This document shows, piece by piece, positions 25,891-38,764 of a stretch of 64,000 bases of DNA. Positions within the stretch are counted from its first letter, which is position 1. Each line of letters begins with the position of its first letter. The position numbers were made by a program, and so were the translations under genes. A model generated the notes under the pieces. The model made no database searches, was not told the DNA's origin, and saw only the letters and a program-made list of their open reading frames with translations. The stretch comes from Lama glama. Lineage: Eukaryota. The DNA lies in the NCBI GenBank assembly GCA_028534125.1, contig CM052816.1, positions 50,346,001 through 50,410,000 of the forward strand, given 5' to 3'.

Positions 25891-26151
25891 CTATAGCTAA
25901 CGATTTACTCTACGGCATGCTCGTAGAAGGAAGCTACATGGCGAATCCTGACTGCGAAGCAACAACAGCTACTACAGCTGTAAAATCAGTGCTCTGTCTC
26001 TCAAGGAGCTGATGGTGGGTAGGCCTTTTACCAGAGAGAGAACTATACTGAGGTGCAGAGTGTTCAGGCAACAAACTGTACTTTATTGTATTCATTAACT
26101 TTATATTAAATTTTACATTTATGTTCAAGTGATACTGGTTTTCCCTTTAAG

Positions 26152-27285
26152 GAGGTATCACCTCACACCAGAGTGGCCATCATTCAAAAATCCACAAATG
26201 ACAAATGCTGGAGAGGCTGTGAAGAAAAGGGAACCCTCCTGCACTGCTGTGGGAATGCAGTTTGGTGCAGCCACTGTGGAAAACGGTATGGAGATTCCTC
26301 AAAAGACTAGGANNNNNNNNNNNNNNNNNNNNNNNNNNNNNNNNNNNNNNNNNNNNNNNNNNNNNNNNNNNNNNNNNNNNNNNNNNNNNNNNNNNNNNNN
26401 NNNNNNNNNNNNNNNNNNNNNNNNNNNNNNNNNNNNNNNNNNNNNNNNNNNNNNNNNNNNNNNNNNNNNNNNNNNNNNNNNNNNNNNNNNNNNNNNNNNN
26501 NNNNNNNNNNNNNNNNNNNNNNNNNNNNNNNNNNNNNNNNNNNNNNNNNNNNNNNNNNNNNNNNNNNNNNNNNNNNNNNNNNNNNNNNNNNNNNNNNNNN
26601 NNNNNNNNNNNNNNNNNNNNNNNNNNNNNNNNNNNNNNNNNNNNNNNNNNNNNNNNNNNNNNNNNNNNNNNNNNNNNNNNNNNNNNNNNNNNNNNNNNNN
26701 NNNNNNNNNNNNNNNNNNNNNNNNNNNNNNNNNNNNNNNNNNNNNNNNNNNNNNNNNNNNNNNNNNNNNNNNNNNNNNNNNNNNNNNNNNNNNNNNNNNN
26801 NNNNNNNNNNNNTTTATACAATGGAATACTACTCAGCCATAAAAACCGACAACATAACGCCATTTGCAGCAACATAGATGCTCCTGGAGAATGTCATTCT
26901 AAGTGAAGTAAACCAGAAAGAGAAAGAAAAATACCATATGAGATCGCTCATATGTGGAATCTAAAAACAAACAAACAAACAAACAAATAAAGCATAAATA
27001 CAAAACAGAAATAGACTCATAGACATAGAATACAAACTTGTGGTTGCCAAGGGGGCGGAGGGTGGGAAGGGATAGATGGGATTTCAAAATTGTAGAATAG
27101 ATAAACAAGATTATACTGTATAGCACAGGGAAATATACACAAGATCTTATGATAGGTCACAGAGAAAAAAATGTGACAATGAATATATATATTTCATGTA
27201 TAACTGAAAAATTGTGCTCGACACTGGAATTTGACACAACATTGTAAAATGATTATAAATCAATAAAAAATGTTAAAAAAAAAAG
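26152..27285 (+). mobile_element. Young camelid-type L1 3' end (ORF2 C-terminus plus 3'UTR), spanning a gap
   Basis: Peptides RYHLTP, VQPLWKTVWRFLK and WNTTQP are L1 ORF2 C-terminal motifs. The 3'UTR ends caataaaaaatgtt followed by poly(A). Confidence 0.9.
26313..26812. other. Assembly gap (500 N)
   Basis: N run; the source of the X-filled ORFs at 26129-26906. Confidence 0.99.
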
Positions 27286-29809
27286 AAAGTAGAGCTTCTT
27301 TAAATAAGCTTCTTTAATGTAAAAAGTAAAGGGTCTTAATAGGTAGTTAACTCACAGTGCAAGTATTACCAAGAAGTGACAAAAATCACGGTAGGAGGTG
27401 GCAAAACTTAGATACAATGCAAATCAATATGGTGGCCTACGCACAGCTGAAGTTTAGGAAATTCTGAACCATATAGTACTTATCTTTTAAGTAGGTTTTC
27501 AAAAACAAAATGGGGAATTTTTCATTCTCAGGAGTGAAAGATGTAACAGCAATTTCATATTCACAGAGTGAAGTGTCCCATTATTCTCTGTAGATATCAC
27601 ACCATGTCTGAGATACAAGCAGGTTTTGGGAACATGACTTTAATGAAACACTGCCAAATTACATGCATTCAATGTAAAGCAACCCCAACCAAGAGACTGA
27701 TAGTGTGAAACCATGTTGCACTTGGGGGCTGTTGATAAATTTAGGCTCTTCTAGCCTGAAGAAGTGAAAACTCAGAGGATGAAATGGTCTCCAACTTAAA
27801 AGGAGTGATATTTTGTTTAGGGGTTGGGTTCTGATGGTAGGTCTTGATGTGAAAATCAAATTATCCTTAAAAACCCTTAGAAATATATTATACTCCAGCA
27901 TGATGTACTAATTTCAATTGGTGAAGCATCTTGGGATTTTCCTCCTATTTTGATAAATGGTTATTTGTTTTCCATCAAGCAGTAGAAAATATAGTTACCT
28001 TATGTTTAGTGTCAGTTGTTTGAAAAAAGTTTATTTAAATGTGCTGTTCATCTCATGGAAGAATACTAGGAACTCGGGGAAAGGAGGTATGTTTCCTACT
28101 TGATATTCACTCCTGGGCGTGTTTGAGTAGAATGCCCATCACTCTTTAAATTGTTCTTTTTTCCCTCTCTCTCCTCTGCCCCTTTTCACAGTGAAAGAGG
28201 GGGATGAAGTGTGTGGTGAAAGTGCATAAGTTGTTTGCACTTATAACACAAATCCACTCTATCGGAGCGACTTTATCTGATATGACACAGAGACAGAACT
28301 AGAGTTAAAGGGTGGACATTACTGTGTGAAATGAGCTTTCAATTAAAGTGGTAAGACTTCTGCCCCACAAAATATTTATGTAAAGGTTACATGGCCATAT
28401 ATTTTGGATTAGATAATCAATAAATTCCGTTCTAATACTAACACAATAATTATCTGAAACAAGTGAATGAAATGACAAGGAAACAGGAAGAAAAGAATTG
28501 TTGTCTGCTACTTTAGATGATCCACATTAATGCTCCCTTTATTGCTTGGAATCCAAATGGGAGTGTAATAAGTAATAAATGTAAGATTCTAGAGTAAATT
28601 AGTGATCTACGATATCCCTAAAATTCAGACTGAATGAGTCACTGGATTGGATGTCCTATTATTATAAATTATTTGAAATACAGAATAGAATTACAATTAC
28701 AAAGAAGGTTTAAAGAAAAAATGCTAAAGACAGTAGAAAATTAAGTAATACAATATAAATGCCAAGAGAAATCAGAGTTTTCAAGCTTTCAGCAGATTTT
28801 AACAAAAAGAAAATTTCAATTGGGTTCACTGAAAAGACAAGCTACGAGAGCGTCTCTGAAATACAATCCAGGAATGCATTTGAGTCAGCAGATGATTATA
28901 AAAAGCTTCATAAAATCCCTTCTGCTTTCCTCTATGCAGCCTGTGCATATTTGTACTTTCACAGTTATTACATTATATAGAAATTCTCTTTTTACATATC
29001 CGATTTAGCTGCTAGCTTCTTGAGAACAAGGAATGGTACAGTGCCTCGTACTTGATCATTGTGGGCCCAAATTCTGAGATGAGTTATAGATGACATATCA
29101 TCAAACACCACTGACTTGGATAACCTTCAGATTAAAGTTAGGAGGTGATTTTTCAAAATACAATAGCAAGTTTAAATCATGAAAAATAATTAATAGTAAA
29201 CCTCCCAAGGAGGATTTGGCAAATATTCATAAGACCCCACCAGACAACCAGAAAAATAAACTTTTAACCTTTGGATATCACAATACTGAGACTCTTTCCT
29301 TCCCTCCCTCCCTCCCTTTCTTCTTTTCTTCTTTTTCTCCTCCTTCTCCTCTTCCTTTTACTTTTGCCTCTTTCCAAAAATACTTCCTTTTTTTTTTAAA
29401 CATGTTTTTCTAAACTTCCAAAGATATATGCTACAGGACTCTGAAAAGGAATTGAAATTTGTGATGAGATCAAGATCTCTCTTTTTTGACCAAGACTTCA
29501 GTTCCACGAAAACAGGGAATTTGTTTGTTTGCTGTTGTAACACTTAAGACAGTGCCTGGCAAATATTAGGCCTTCAAATTATTTGCTGAATAAATTTTGT
29601 ATTAGAAAACCTGTCTCCTCCAAACAGACTTATTTTAAATTTGGGACTTTCTACTGGCTCACTGATAAATATTATCATTGTTTATAAAAGTATTATAGAA
29701 AATGATAGAAGGTATTTCTACACCCTGTATAAAACTGAGTATGTACAAAGAGCTCAAACAACATATGATAGAAACATGGAATTCACAGATAATAGCGTCT
29801 TACAGCAGC

Positions 29810-30735
29810 ATCTCTGTCCTTATTGATTTCTCAGCAGTGTTTGAGAGTTGACCCTCCTTCTTGAAACATATTTTTAGTTTCTATTAAATCATAATCACCT
29901 CATTTTCCTCCTGTGTAATAGAGCTTGGCCTCCCATTGGTGATGTATGTAGAACCTAACCCCCAAATCCTGAAGCAATAATCCTAGGGCTCAACCTTGGG
30001 TATCATTTATTTAGAATTTTCTCTGATTCCATGGCTTTAAATACTAACTACAGTCAATCCTCATTATTTGTGAATTCTGTATTTTCAAATTCATCTACTT
30101 GCTAAAATTTATATCCAACTCCCAAATCAATACTTAAGGTGTTTTCTCAGTCACCTTCAGACATGCACATGCACAGAGCAGCAAAAAAAAAAAAAAAAAG
30201 AGTCCATTAACTGCATGTGCCCAACCAAGGTGGTACAATGTTGTGCCTTCCAGTTTCATCTCTCACACTTTAAAGAAGTGTCCTTTTTGCAGTGTATTTA
30301 GTGCCTTTTTTTTTTCATTTTTGTACTTTTTATTGGTGATTTTGCTTTTTTAAATGGCCTCCAAGTATAGAACTAATGTGCTGCCTAATGTTCCCAAGAA
30401 CAAGAAGGCTATGATGTACCTGACAGGAGAAAATAAGTGTGTTTGATAAGCTTCGTTCAGGTATGAATTATAGTGCTATTGGGCACGAGTTCAATGTTAA
30501 TGAATCAACAATATGTATCAAACACAGTGTCTTTAAACAGAAACATACATAACACCAGGTTATGTATTGACTGGTTGACAAAAATGTGACCAAAGGCTCC
30601 AAAAATCTAACTCCCTATTTCCCCTAGGGACAACAAGTCAGTATTTGTTAATGCCACATTCACAGTGACTTTATAGAATGTAACTGCTGTGGTGAGAATT
30701 GACTGTATGTGCCTATGTCCCCCAAATCTTTCTTA
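29810..30735 (+). mobile_element. L2 fragment interrupted by MER82
   Basis: tccatggctttaaatactaacta on the left of MER82 rejoins tgtgcctatgtcccccaaatct on its right, as in L2. Confidence 0.65.
30051..30705 (+). mobile_element. MER82 non-autonomous TcMar-Tigger element, full length
   Basis: TIRs cagtcaatcctca... and ...tgagaattgactg. TA duplications at 30049-30050 and 30706-30707. Length 655 bp, and the body resembles the recalled MER82 consensus. Confidence 0.85.
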
Positions 30736-30769
30736 AGCAAACGAATAAATCACACAATCAGTTTCAAGA

Positions 30770-31190
30770 GGCAGGGGTAAGGTCATTCAGAGCACAGTGG
30801 TGATTCAGATTCAAAGTACAGTGGGAAGTCACTGGAATATTTTAGGGAAAGTGTAGGAAGTTGGGAGAGATGGGGAGAACTATAAAGATATAATCTAATT
30901 TCTGTTTTCCAAAGTTTACTACCTGGAGAATGGATCAGAGGTTGGAGAAGTGAAATGGGGAAACCAAAAAGGAGCAGGTTGCAGTGCTTAGGTAAACTAT
31001 GATTGTGGTTTCACTGGCAGGAGAAGCAGGCAACAAGTGATTAGGGTCTAAGAGCTATTTTAAAGGCAGGAAGTATTAGTTGGCCTAGGTGTGGGGATGA
31101 GGGAAGGGAGGAGTTAAGGATGACTCTTAATTTCAGGCATTTGTTACTGTGTAGATGATAGAACCATTTACCAAGAAGGGGAAGATTTGA
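30770..31190 (-). mobile_element. L2 LINE fragment
   Basis: gggaagtcactggaatatttt...gagttaaggatgactc...ccatttaccaag are reverse L2 motifs. Confidence 0.65.
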
Positions 31191-33052
31191 CCATGTGAGA
31201 TCTACTTAATATTTCCTTTACCTCATTATAGATATGATCTGTTTATTACTTCATTTACTTAATGATTATACAGTACCTACTATGTGCCAGGTATCATGCT
31301 TGTTATAGAATATTTTCTTTTTTGTAACTGTTGATTTACATTAATTCCCAATTTTGGAGGTTAATTTTTTAACTCTATTAAACGTAATATATTTTCTCAT
31401 TTGCAAGTCACTTATCTGTGTGTCTATCCAGGGTTAACAAAAAATAAGTAAAAATTTTTACTTTGTTTCTTTTGTGCATACCTCTAGTATTCATTTTTGT
31501 TAGACATTCCAAGTGCATCTGGACCTTTCATATCATATGGCGTCATGATCACACTGTATATAACTATGCATTGATTGGTTTCTACCTCCCAGAGGGGAAG
31601 TACCTGGTCTATCTTGTTTGGTGCTGTAGCCGCAGCATCAAGCACACTGCTTGGCACACAATATGTATTCCATTATTATATTAAGGGGGAAATAAAAGGC
31701 AGAGGGCTGACTAATGATAATCTGTAGTGCTCAATTTTCTTTCCTACACTGGGTTATTTTCCTCTTTAGAAGTTACTGGTGTATGCTCTTAACAGTTTAT
31801 ATGGAAGATTCCAAAAGCATACTTTAGACATTAAAGACCATCTTATTATTCAGTAAGAATACTGAGATTTTCATTTGTCTTATTTGCACACATAGTAGTG
31901 AAGAACAGATGATGTATATTCTTTAAGTTTCTATGCTTTATATGGTACCATTTATTGCTTAACCAAAAATAAACTTCCATAAATAAAAAAATATTATTTT
32001 CATGGTTTCCTTGAAATAGGGATATAGATGTCTGTTTGGTTTTATATCATTATTTCATAACTTTATTAGTTTGCCGAATTCATTTGTGAATAGAATTCCT
32101 ATTTTATCCCCATAGTCTGGAAATTTCTACAAAGTCTTATATTTCGGCCCTAGGCAAAACACTTTTTAAAATCAGCATCATATCTGTAACAGATTATGAC
32201 AGTGAGAAAGTTGATTTTCTCTGTAGTCCATAAGTAGAATATCACGTATCTCCAGGTGAGAAAAATCTCTTAACTTTAGACAGAAATGCAAATATATGTC
32301 CAAAAGGAATATTTCCTGTGTTTGGACCTAACAAGAACTCCGCCTGCATCAAGGAAGGCTTTCAGAGGCTATAGCACTCCTTCCAGAATGACAATCTTTC
32401 TTAAAATGTGATTTGGACATAGCTTACTGATTAAAATACTTTCCAAATGTTAAATTAAGTTTAAAAAATTGAATAGATGAAGTACAATAATATAAAATTA
32501 ACAGAGTATATATCTGTAGACTTGCGTGTATAAATACGCCAGCCTGACAGAAGACACTTTCCCAGTCTTTTGGGAAGTCAATGCCCACGACCACCAAGTT
32601 TTGTTTACCCAGCTTTTGTGGTAGGCTGACTTCTAAAGCAAGACAGATGACTTACTTTAATAAAGACAATGTTTAACAAACAGCTTTTAATAACTTATGA
32701 GGCTTCCCAGTTCTTTGGTAGTAAGAGGACAGCAACCTTAAGTGTTACTCAATCCAACCCTTCCTTTTTTTTTCAATCACACTCACACTTATAATCACTG
32801 TTCTTCTTCAGATAACTCTTCCTAAACTACTGTAATATCCACCCAGTTTCAATGCCAATCTATAAACATTCCCTCCATCAGATATATGGTTTCCAGAGAG
32901 ATTTTCCTAAAGCACTGTTCATTACGCTATTCGTTGGCTCAAAGTGTTTAACAGTTCCTTGTTGCATTCATAAAAGAAGTCCAAATAAATCAGCTTAGCA
33001 CTTCCTCCGAACATTTACTTATACGCTCTGTTCCGTTGACAGGAAAGCTCTT

Positions 33053-33545
33053 CTTAGTTAGGAGATTATTTCATTTCTGTAACAAAGAGCTCCAAAAATC
33101 ACTGTGGCTCAGTCAAACTAGACATTTATTTCTCTTTCCCATAATAGTCTAGAGGTAGCTGGGAAGTCCTTGGTGGACTTGCTGCCCTGTCTCATCAGAT
33201 TGTCCAGACTATGATTCTTTCTCTTTTCTACTCTGCCACCTCCTAGGATGTTTTCCTTAAATGCTTGGTAGAAGATGGGCTAAGAAGGGAGAAAGACACA
33301 GGGGAATGTATGCCCAATAATTTTATGGGCAAGATCCCCAAACTGTACATATCATGCTCATTCATATCCTACTGGCCAAGACTTTGTCACATGACAATAA
33401 CTCACTGTAAATGAGGCTGAGAAACATGGCCTCTAGGCTGGCAGCATCATGCCTTGTTAAAACTGTGGGATGCACGAGGTGCTGGAAGGGGTTCTATTAC
33501 TAAAAGAAAGAAGGTGTAGTCAGGTGCCTGGGTCCAGTCTCTGCA
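33053..33545 (-). mobile_element. MLT1 (MaLR) solo LTR nested in an L2
   Basis: ctgtaacaaag...ccaaaaatcactgtggct...tttatttctct and ctggccaagactttgtcacatgac...gaggctgagaaacatg. Confidence 0.7.
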
Positions 33546-34894
33546 TTATCTTTCTTCAGTTTATGCTTCTAGAAACCCTCATTTCCTTTACAAACCTAAA
33601 CTTAAACATTACCTTCTTCTAGCCAGTCTTCTCTGATCTTATCACATCTTCTCCAAATGGAATATCAACTCTCCCTTCTCTGAAATTTCAAAGTTTTCTA
33701 CCTATTATGGAGTTAGGTACATTTTAGTCATATACATATTAAAGATAGCTTTTCAAGAAATATCATGTGGCCAAAAAGGAAAAGACAAATGTGTGCTACT
33801 GATTAATCTTCCTTCATTGTTTTATTTCATATACAAAGATTGTTGAAGACACAATCTTTATTCTCTATTTCTATAAGTGGTGTATGCAGAAGATAGCACT
33901 TAATAATGCTGGTAATGAAAATTCTGCTTTATTCAATGTACTGATAAATTATAATTTAAGGAATTATTTAGAAACAAAATTATTGTAAAACATTTTCAAG
34001 TAGAGTATACGTGCTAAAATTTTTCTGAAAACTCCTTTATTAATGATGTTTAAATAAAGCATGTTTGCATTCTTTGTCCTTTAGTAATGATTTACCAAAA
34101 ACCTAGCAAAATCCTTGAATAATACTTATGAATAGTTATATATTATTTATTTATTTATTTAGGATTTTTGTTCATTTCTTGTTTATTCTCCCGTTTGATT
34201 TCTTTATTTGCGAAGATGTCAGTTACATGTGGGTTTATATCTTATTTTGACATAAGTAGCTTATACGTTCACACAAGCTTAGAACATGAAACAGCTTTCA
34301 GTCCTATTTTGATAAAACATTTTATTTCATTTCATGATGTTTTAACACAAAATAAATACTTAACATCTAGTAATATATCATAGTAGATGATTTAAGTTAT
34401 AGAATTTCACTGTTAAAATGTAAATTTTGAATATAGTGTGACAAATAATGAAAAAAAGTACCTATATTTCTTTCAATATTGAACTATAAATTGTGAGCAG
34501 GGAGTCATTTCCTCTGATTAATAACCCCTTCGACCAGGTATAATGAATATTTATACATTATTCTATGTCGGTAGAGTACTTAAAATGTTTGAAACAATAA
34601 TGATTACCAAGCCAAATTAAGAGAAATTTTATGTAAGAAAGTCTCTCAAGTGATTGAAACATAATATCTATGAAATATGTGATATGTTCCCTTTACCTAA
34701 AACGTAGAAAGACTGTAACAGCTCCCTATTAAAACATTTTAAAAACAGAAATACAAGTCTGTCAGTAATTTGAAATCTAAATGCATGTAATAGCTTGAGG
34801 GAATTGTGTAGTAAAGGTTATTCCCAGGGTGAGTTATAAACATGGAAATACTTTATTTAAACATCTATGTAATCTCCATTTAAACACATTATTT

Positions 34895-34958
34895 GTGCGT
34901 GTGTGTGTGTTTTAACATTTTTTATTGATTTATAATCATTTTACAATGTTGTGTCAAA
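34895..34958 (-). mobile_element. Extremely 5'-truncated young L1 (~48 bp) with a microsatellite tail
   Basis: The reverse complement matches the L1 termini at ~27230-27277 and ~53567-53613. 15-bp perfect TSD ttaaacacattattt at 34880-34894 and 34959-34973. Confidence 0.9.
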
Positions 34959-36259
34959 TTAAACACATTATTTTGAAATTACAAAAAAATAGAATTTAAA
35001 ATACATATACTTATAAAACTAAGCTTCTGATACATTTAATAATCATGCTTTAAAAGGCCATAAAGCTGTATTTGATACTGAATATGTTTTTTTTAATATT
35101 AATTTTTTGTCCTTTTTGTATAACCAAAAAATCAACTCAGGCAACATTTATCTTAAAATATAACTGCTGATTTTATTGGCAAACTTATAATAATGCATAT
35201 GATCAATCTTTACGTAATTATTTTGAGTTGCAAACACAATTAATAAATCATCTTTGAAATGCACTGACCATAATCAGTATATTCTGGAACAAGTCCAGGG
35301 GGCCATTAATCAAAACATGCAGCAAGGAAAGTGAGAGTCGCAGCCTGAACAGTTAGGTAAACACACAGTGAAGCTAATAAAAACCTATCCCGTTTTAAAA
35401 TCACCACTGTGTTTACTTTTGCAACTAAGATAAACATTATGATAAAATTAAAGTTGTGTAAAAAATGAGGGTTGCTAATGATGACCAAAGTAAATACACA
35501 GCAACTGCACATACATTTTATGTCCCTAATTTGACACTAAAGAAGTTTAAAGTTCACTTACCAAAGACCTTAAAGAATTAAATATTTGAACATACACACA
35601 CACATACACACACACATATAGACACGTTTCAAATATGTTGAGGTATAAAAAGCTCAATAAATTGTTAGGTATTTTTAAGAATCAAGGTATAAATATGAAA
35701 GCAGGTCTTTTTTCAAAAAATAGTATAGTCAACTACGGTGTTTTAAATTGGCAGATGCAAATGAATAAACTGTAAAAAAATGAGTGAATGTTTAAATGAG
35801 TTAGAAATTAAAGTGAAATATACAATGATAGAATACAAATGCATATATAAAATGCAAATATATGTAAATATTTGTTTATTACCATCAACTAATTTTAAAA
35901 CCTGGTCTTCTAACTGTGTCATTATCCTTCAATATTACCTTACTGATAAATGGAAGGAAAGAAGATTTGCTGAGTTAACACATAGAAGGGTGTGGGTAAT
36001 CCTCATTTCCATAAGAATTATGAGGTTTAAAAATTCCATAAACATAATTTCCTTTCTAGGAATAGATTTCCAAGAGTTAGCCAAAAACCTAGGGGAAATA
36101 GTGCCAGGAAAAATAACAGTACATCATTCTCTTAGAGCATCCTACTTAGAGACTGCTTTCACACACGTGATCTCACCTGGCCCTCGTATCCATGTTCAAG
36201 GCAGGCAGGAGGTATTATTAACCCAGTCTTTGTACTCACAGAACTGTAGTTCTGTCTCT

Positions 36260-36690
36260 ATTGGGTTATTGTAGAAATTTTGAACAAGTAGTTGAAAGTC
36301 ACTGAATCTCACATTTACTCATCTCTTAATAAATACTGATATAAACAGAGCCCTAATTCACTGAGTTGTTGTAAGAACTAAATGAATTAATGCAATTTAA
36401 GGGCTTAACACAACCCCTGGCACACAGTAATCATATTAAATAGTAGTTATTATTGAAGCAGTATAATAAAGTAGCTAAAAAGGATGGTCTTTGGAATAAG
36501 ATGGTCCTGGATTCAAAATCACAGATGTTGTACTTGTCTTTGGACAAGTTATCTAATCGCTATAGGTGTGAGTTTCCTAAACTATAAAATGGGTATAGTT
36601 AAGTGAGATATATATAAAGGGCATTTAAAGGCTTAGCACAGTGTCTAGGACATAAGTATTCAATGAATGTTAAATATTACCATTATTACC
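36260..36690 (+). mobile_element. Two tandem MIR SINEs
   Basis: Both end in MIR tails (cctggcacacagtaa...; gcttagcacagtgtctaggacataagtattcaatgaatgtta). Confidence 0.75.
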
Positions 36691-36724
36691 AATGGATGAA
36701 TTTAACTAACTAGTAACTCACATA

Positions 36725-37585
36725 AATATAAAATATCAGTAACAAAGATTAAAAGGCAAATGACAACCTGGGTAAAACAAAGATTAGTATTTTAGATATA
36801 AGGAGCTCTTATAAATCAATAGGGGACAAAAACCTCCATTGAAAACTCAGCTGCAGTTATGGATAGGTAATAAAAAGTGAAATGCCAATAATCAATAAAT
36901 ATCAGGAAAAATATATCTCTGATGGCTAAATATAAAAATTAAACAGTGAGATAACTTAATTGATTAAATAATTAAAATGATCTGGCAATGATCAAAATGA
37001 ATCAGAAAACAAAAGAACAAAAGGCCAACATTACTTGTGGGAGTACAAACTGTTACAGCCTTCTGGAGGAATTCTGGCAAAACAACAAAGGACTAATAAG
37101 TACATATGCCCTCTGATCTAGTAATTCCACTTTTGGGAATTCATAATAAGGAAATAATCAGTCATACGTGCAAACTTATGTACAACATTCTTTGTAATAA
37201 TACAAATGTGGATAAGGCCTAACTGTACAGTAGAGGAATTGGTTTAAAAAATTGATATATTTATACCATGGAATACTATAAATATAAAATGATGTTGAAG
37301 CTATGTATCCATTAAAGTAGAAAAATGCTTATTATATTTAAATTTAAAAGTAGCATGCTACATCATAAATAGTATGAGCCTTGCTTTGCACATAAAGTGT
37401 TGAAGAAGAAGCGATCTGCAAATGTACAGAGCACCACAGTGTTAATGGTGGTTGTCTTCACAAGGGTGGGATCATGCATTTCCTGGCTATCACTTTGTAT
37501 CTGTGTGCTTTCTGATTTTTCTAGGATAAGCATGTGGTGCTTTTATAATTGGGAAACAAATAAAATGATTTTGATTGAAAAATAA
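36725..37585 (+). mobile_element. Old L1 (L1ME-like) ORF2 end and 3'UTR
   Basis: gtgggagtacaaactgttacagccttctgga...tagtaattccacttttgggaat...atggaatactat. Confidence 0.7.
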
Positions 37586-37589
37586 ATGA

Positions 37590-38168
37590 ATTCCTTCAGC
37601 AGATAAGTGGATATACTGTGGTATGTCCAGACAATGGATTACTATTCAGCACTAGAAAGAAATGAGCTATCAAGCCATCAAATGACATGTAGGAAACTTA
37701 AATGTATATCATTAAGGGAAAGAAGCCAATCTGAAAACTCTCTATACTCTATGATTCCAACTATATGACACTCAACAAAAAGAAAAACCATGGATATATA
37801 GTTCAAAGATTAGTGGCTGCCAGAGGTTAAGGGGAGAGAGGATAAATTGGTGAAGCACAGAGGATTTTTAGGGTAGTGAAACTATTTTGTATAATGCTAC
37901 AATGGTGGATACTTGTCATTATACATATATGTCCAAATTCATAGAATGTACAACAACACTAAGGATGAATCCTAAGGCAAAATACGAACTTTGGGTGATA
38001 ATACTGTGTCGCTATAGGTTCACCCACTTAAGTAACAAAGGTATCATTTTGGGGAGGGATGCTGACAGTTGGGGAGGTTGTGCACATGTGGGGACAGAGG
38101 TACATAGGTACTCTCTGTAATTTTCGCTCAATTTTGCTGTAAACCTAAAACTATTCTAAAAAATTAAG
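37590..38168 (+). mobile_element. L1 (L1MC-like) 3' end
   Basis: ccagacaatggattactattcagcact...gaaagaagccaatctgaaaa...ttttgctgtaaacctaaaactattctaaaaaa. Confidence 0.8.
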
Positions 38169-38718
38169 TAATCAAGTTAATTAATTAATTAATACTGGGT
38201 TCTTTCCTTCCTGTTAGGTTTTATTTAGTTTTTTATAATGTATAACATTGGTAATAGAAAGATAAAAGGAAGAAGTATATCAGAAGGCAAATAACTTTCA
38301 ACACTTCATCATAAGAAGAATCTTAGTATTTCATTTAAGACCTCTTTGATTGCAACTATGGGGGAAGCGGACTCTCCAGGACCCTGAAAAGCTTTGCTAG
38401 ACATAACTTTGGTTCAGAGCCAGGAGAGCAGGATGTGTGTAATTATTCCTCTAAACAAAAATGCATGTATTGTGCAATTTCATCCAGGATGATGATATAA
38501 GCTTCTAGTACAAAAAGGAAAGAACTGAGCTTTTCTGAGTTGAGGAAGACTATACCTTAAACAAACAATCAGTGGTGGCTGTGGGTGGGTACCCCTCCAT
38601 GCCAAGGAGGTGAGGAAATACTGTGCTACCATACACATCTTTCCCTGTTCCATGTAGCCACATGGACTATAATAAGATTGTGCAACCTTGGCTGATCAAA
38701 TCATGAACTTAACATGAG

Positions 38719-38764
38719 GTGTGTGTATGTGCGTGTGCATGCGTGCATGCACGCACACGCACAC
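38719..38764. repeat. 46-bp uninterrupted alternating purine-pyrimidine tract
   Basis: gtgtgtgtatgtgcgtgtgcatgcgtgcatgcacgcacacgcacac. Confidence 0.9.

Noticed and set aside
26129..26906. The three longest ORFs (214-237 aa)
   Set aside because: Artefacts of the 500-N gap; the real flanking residues are L1 ORF2 remnants.
35780..36274. 164-aa plus-strand ORF
   Set aside because: No recognisable domain, AT-rich composition, and the 3' part runs into MIR-like sequence; probably a chance ORF.
38485..38542. Box C (ATGATGA) and two CTGA boxes suggesting a C/D snoRNA
   Set aside because: Antisense to the host gene, only ~50 nt long, and no clear terminal stem.
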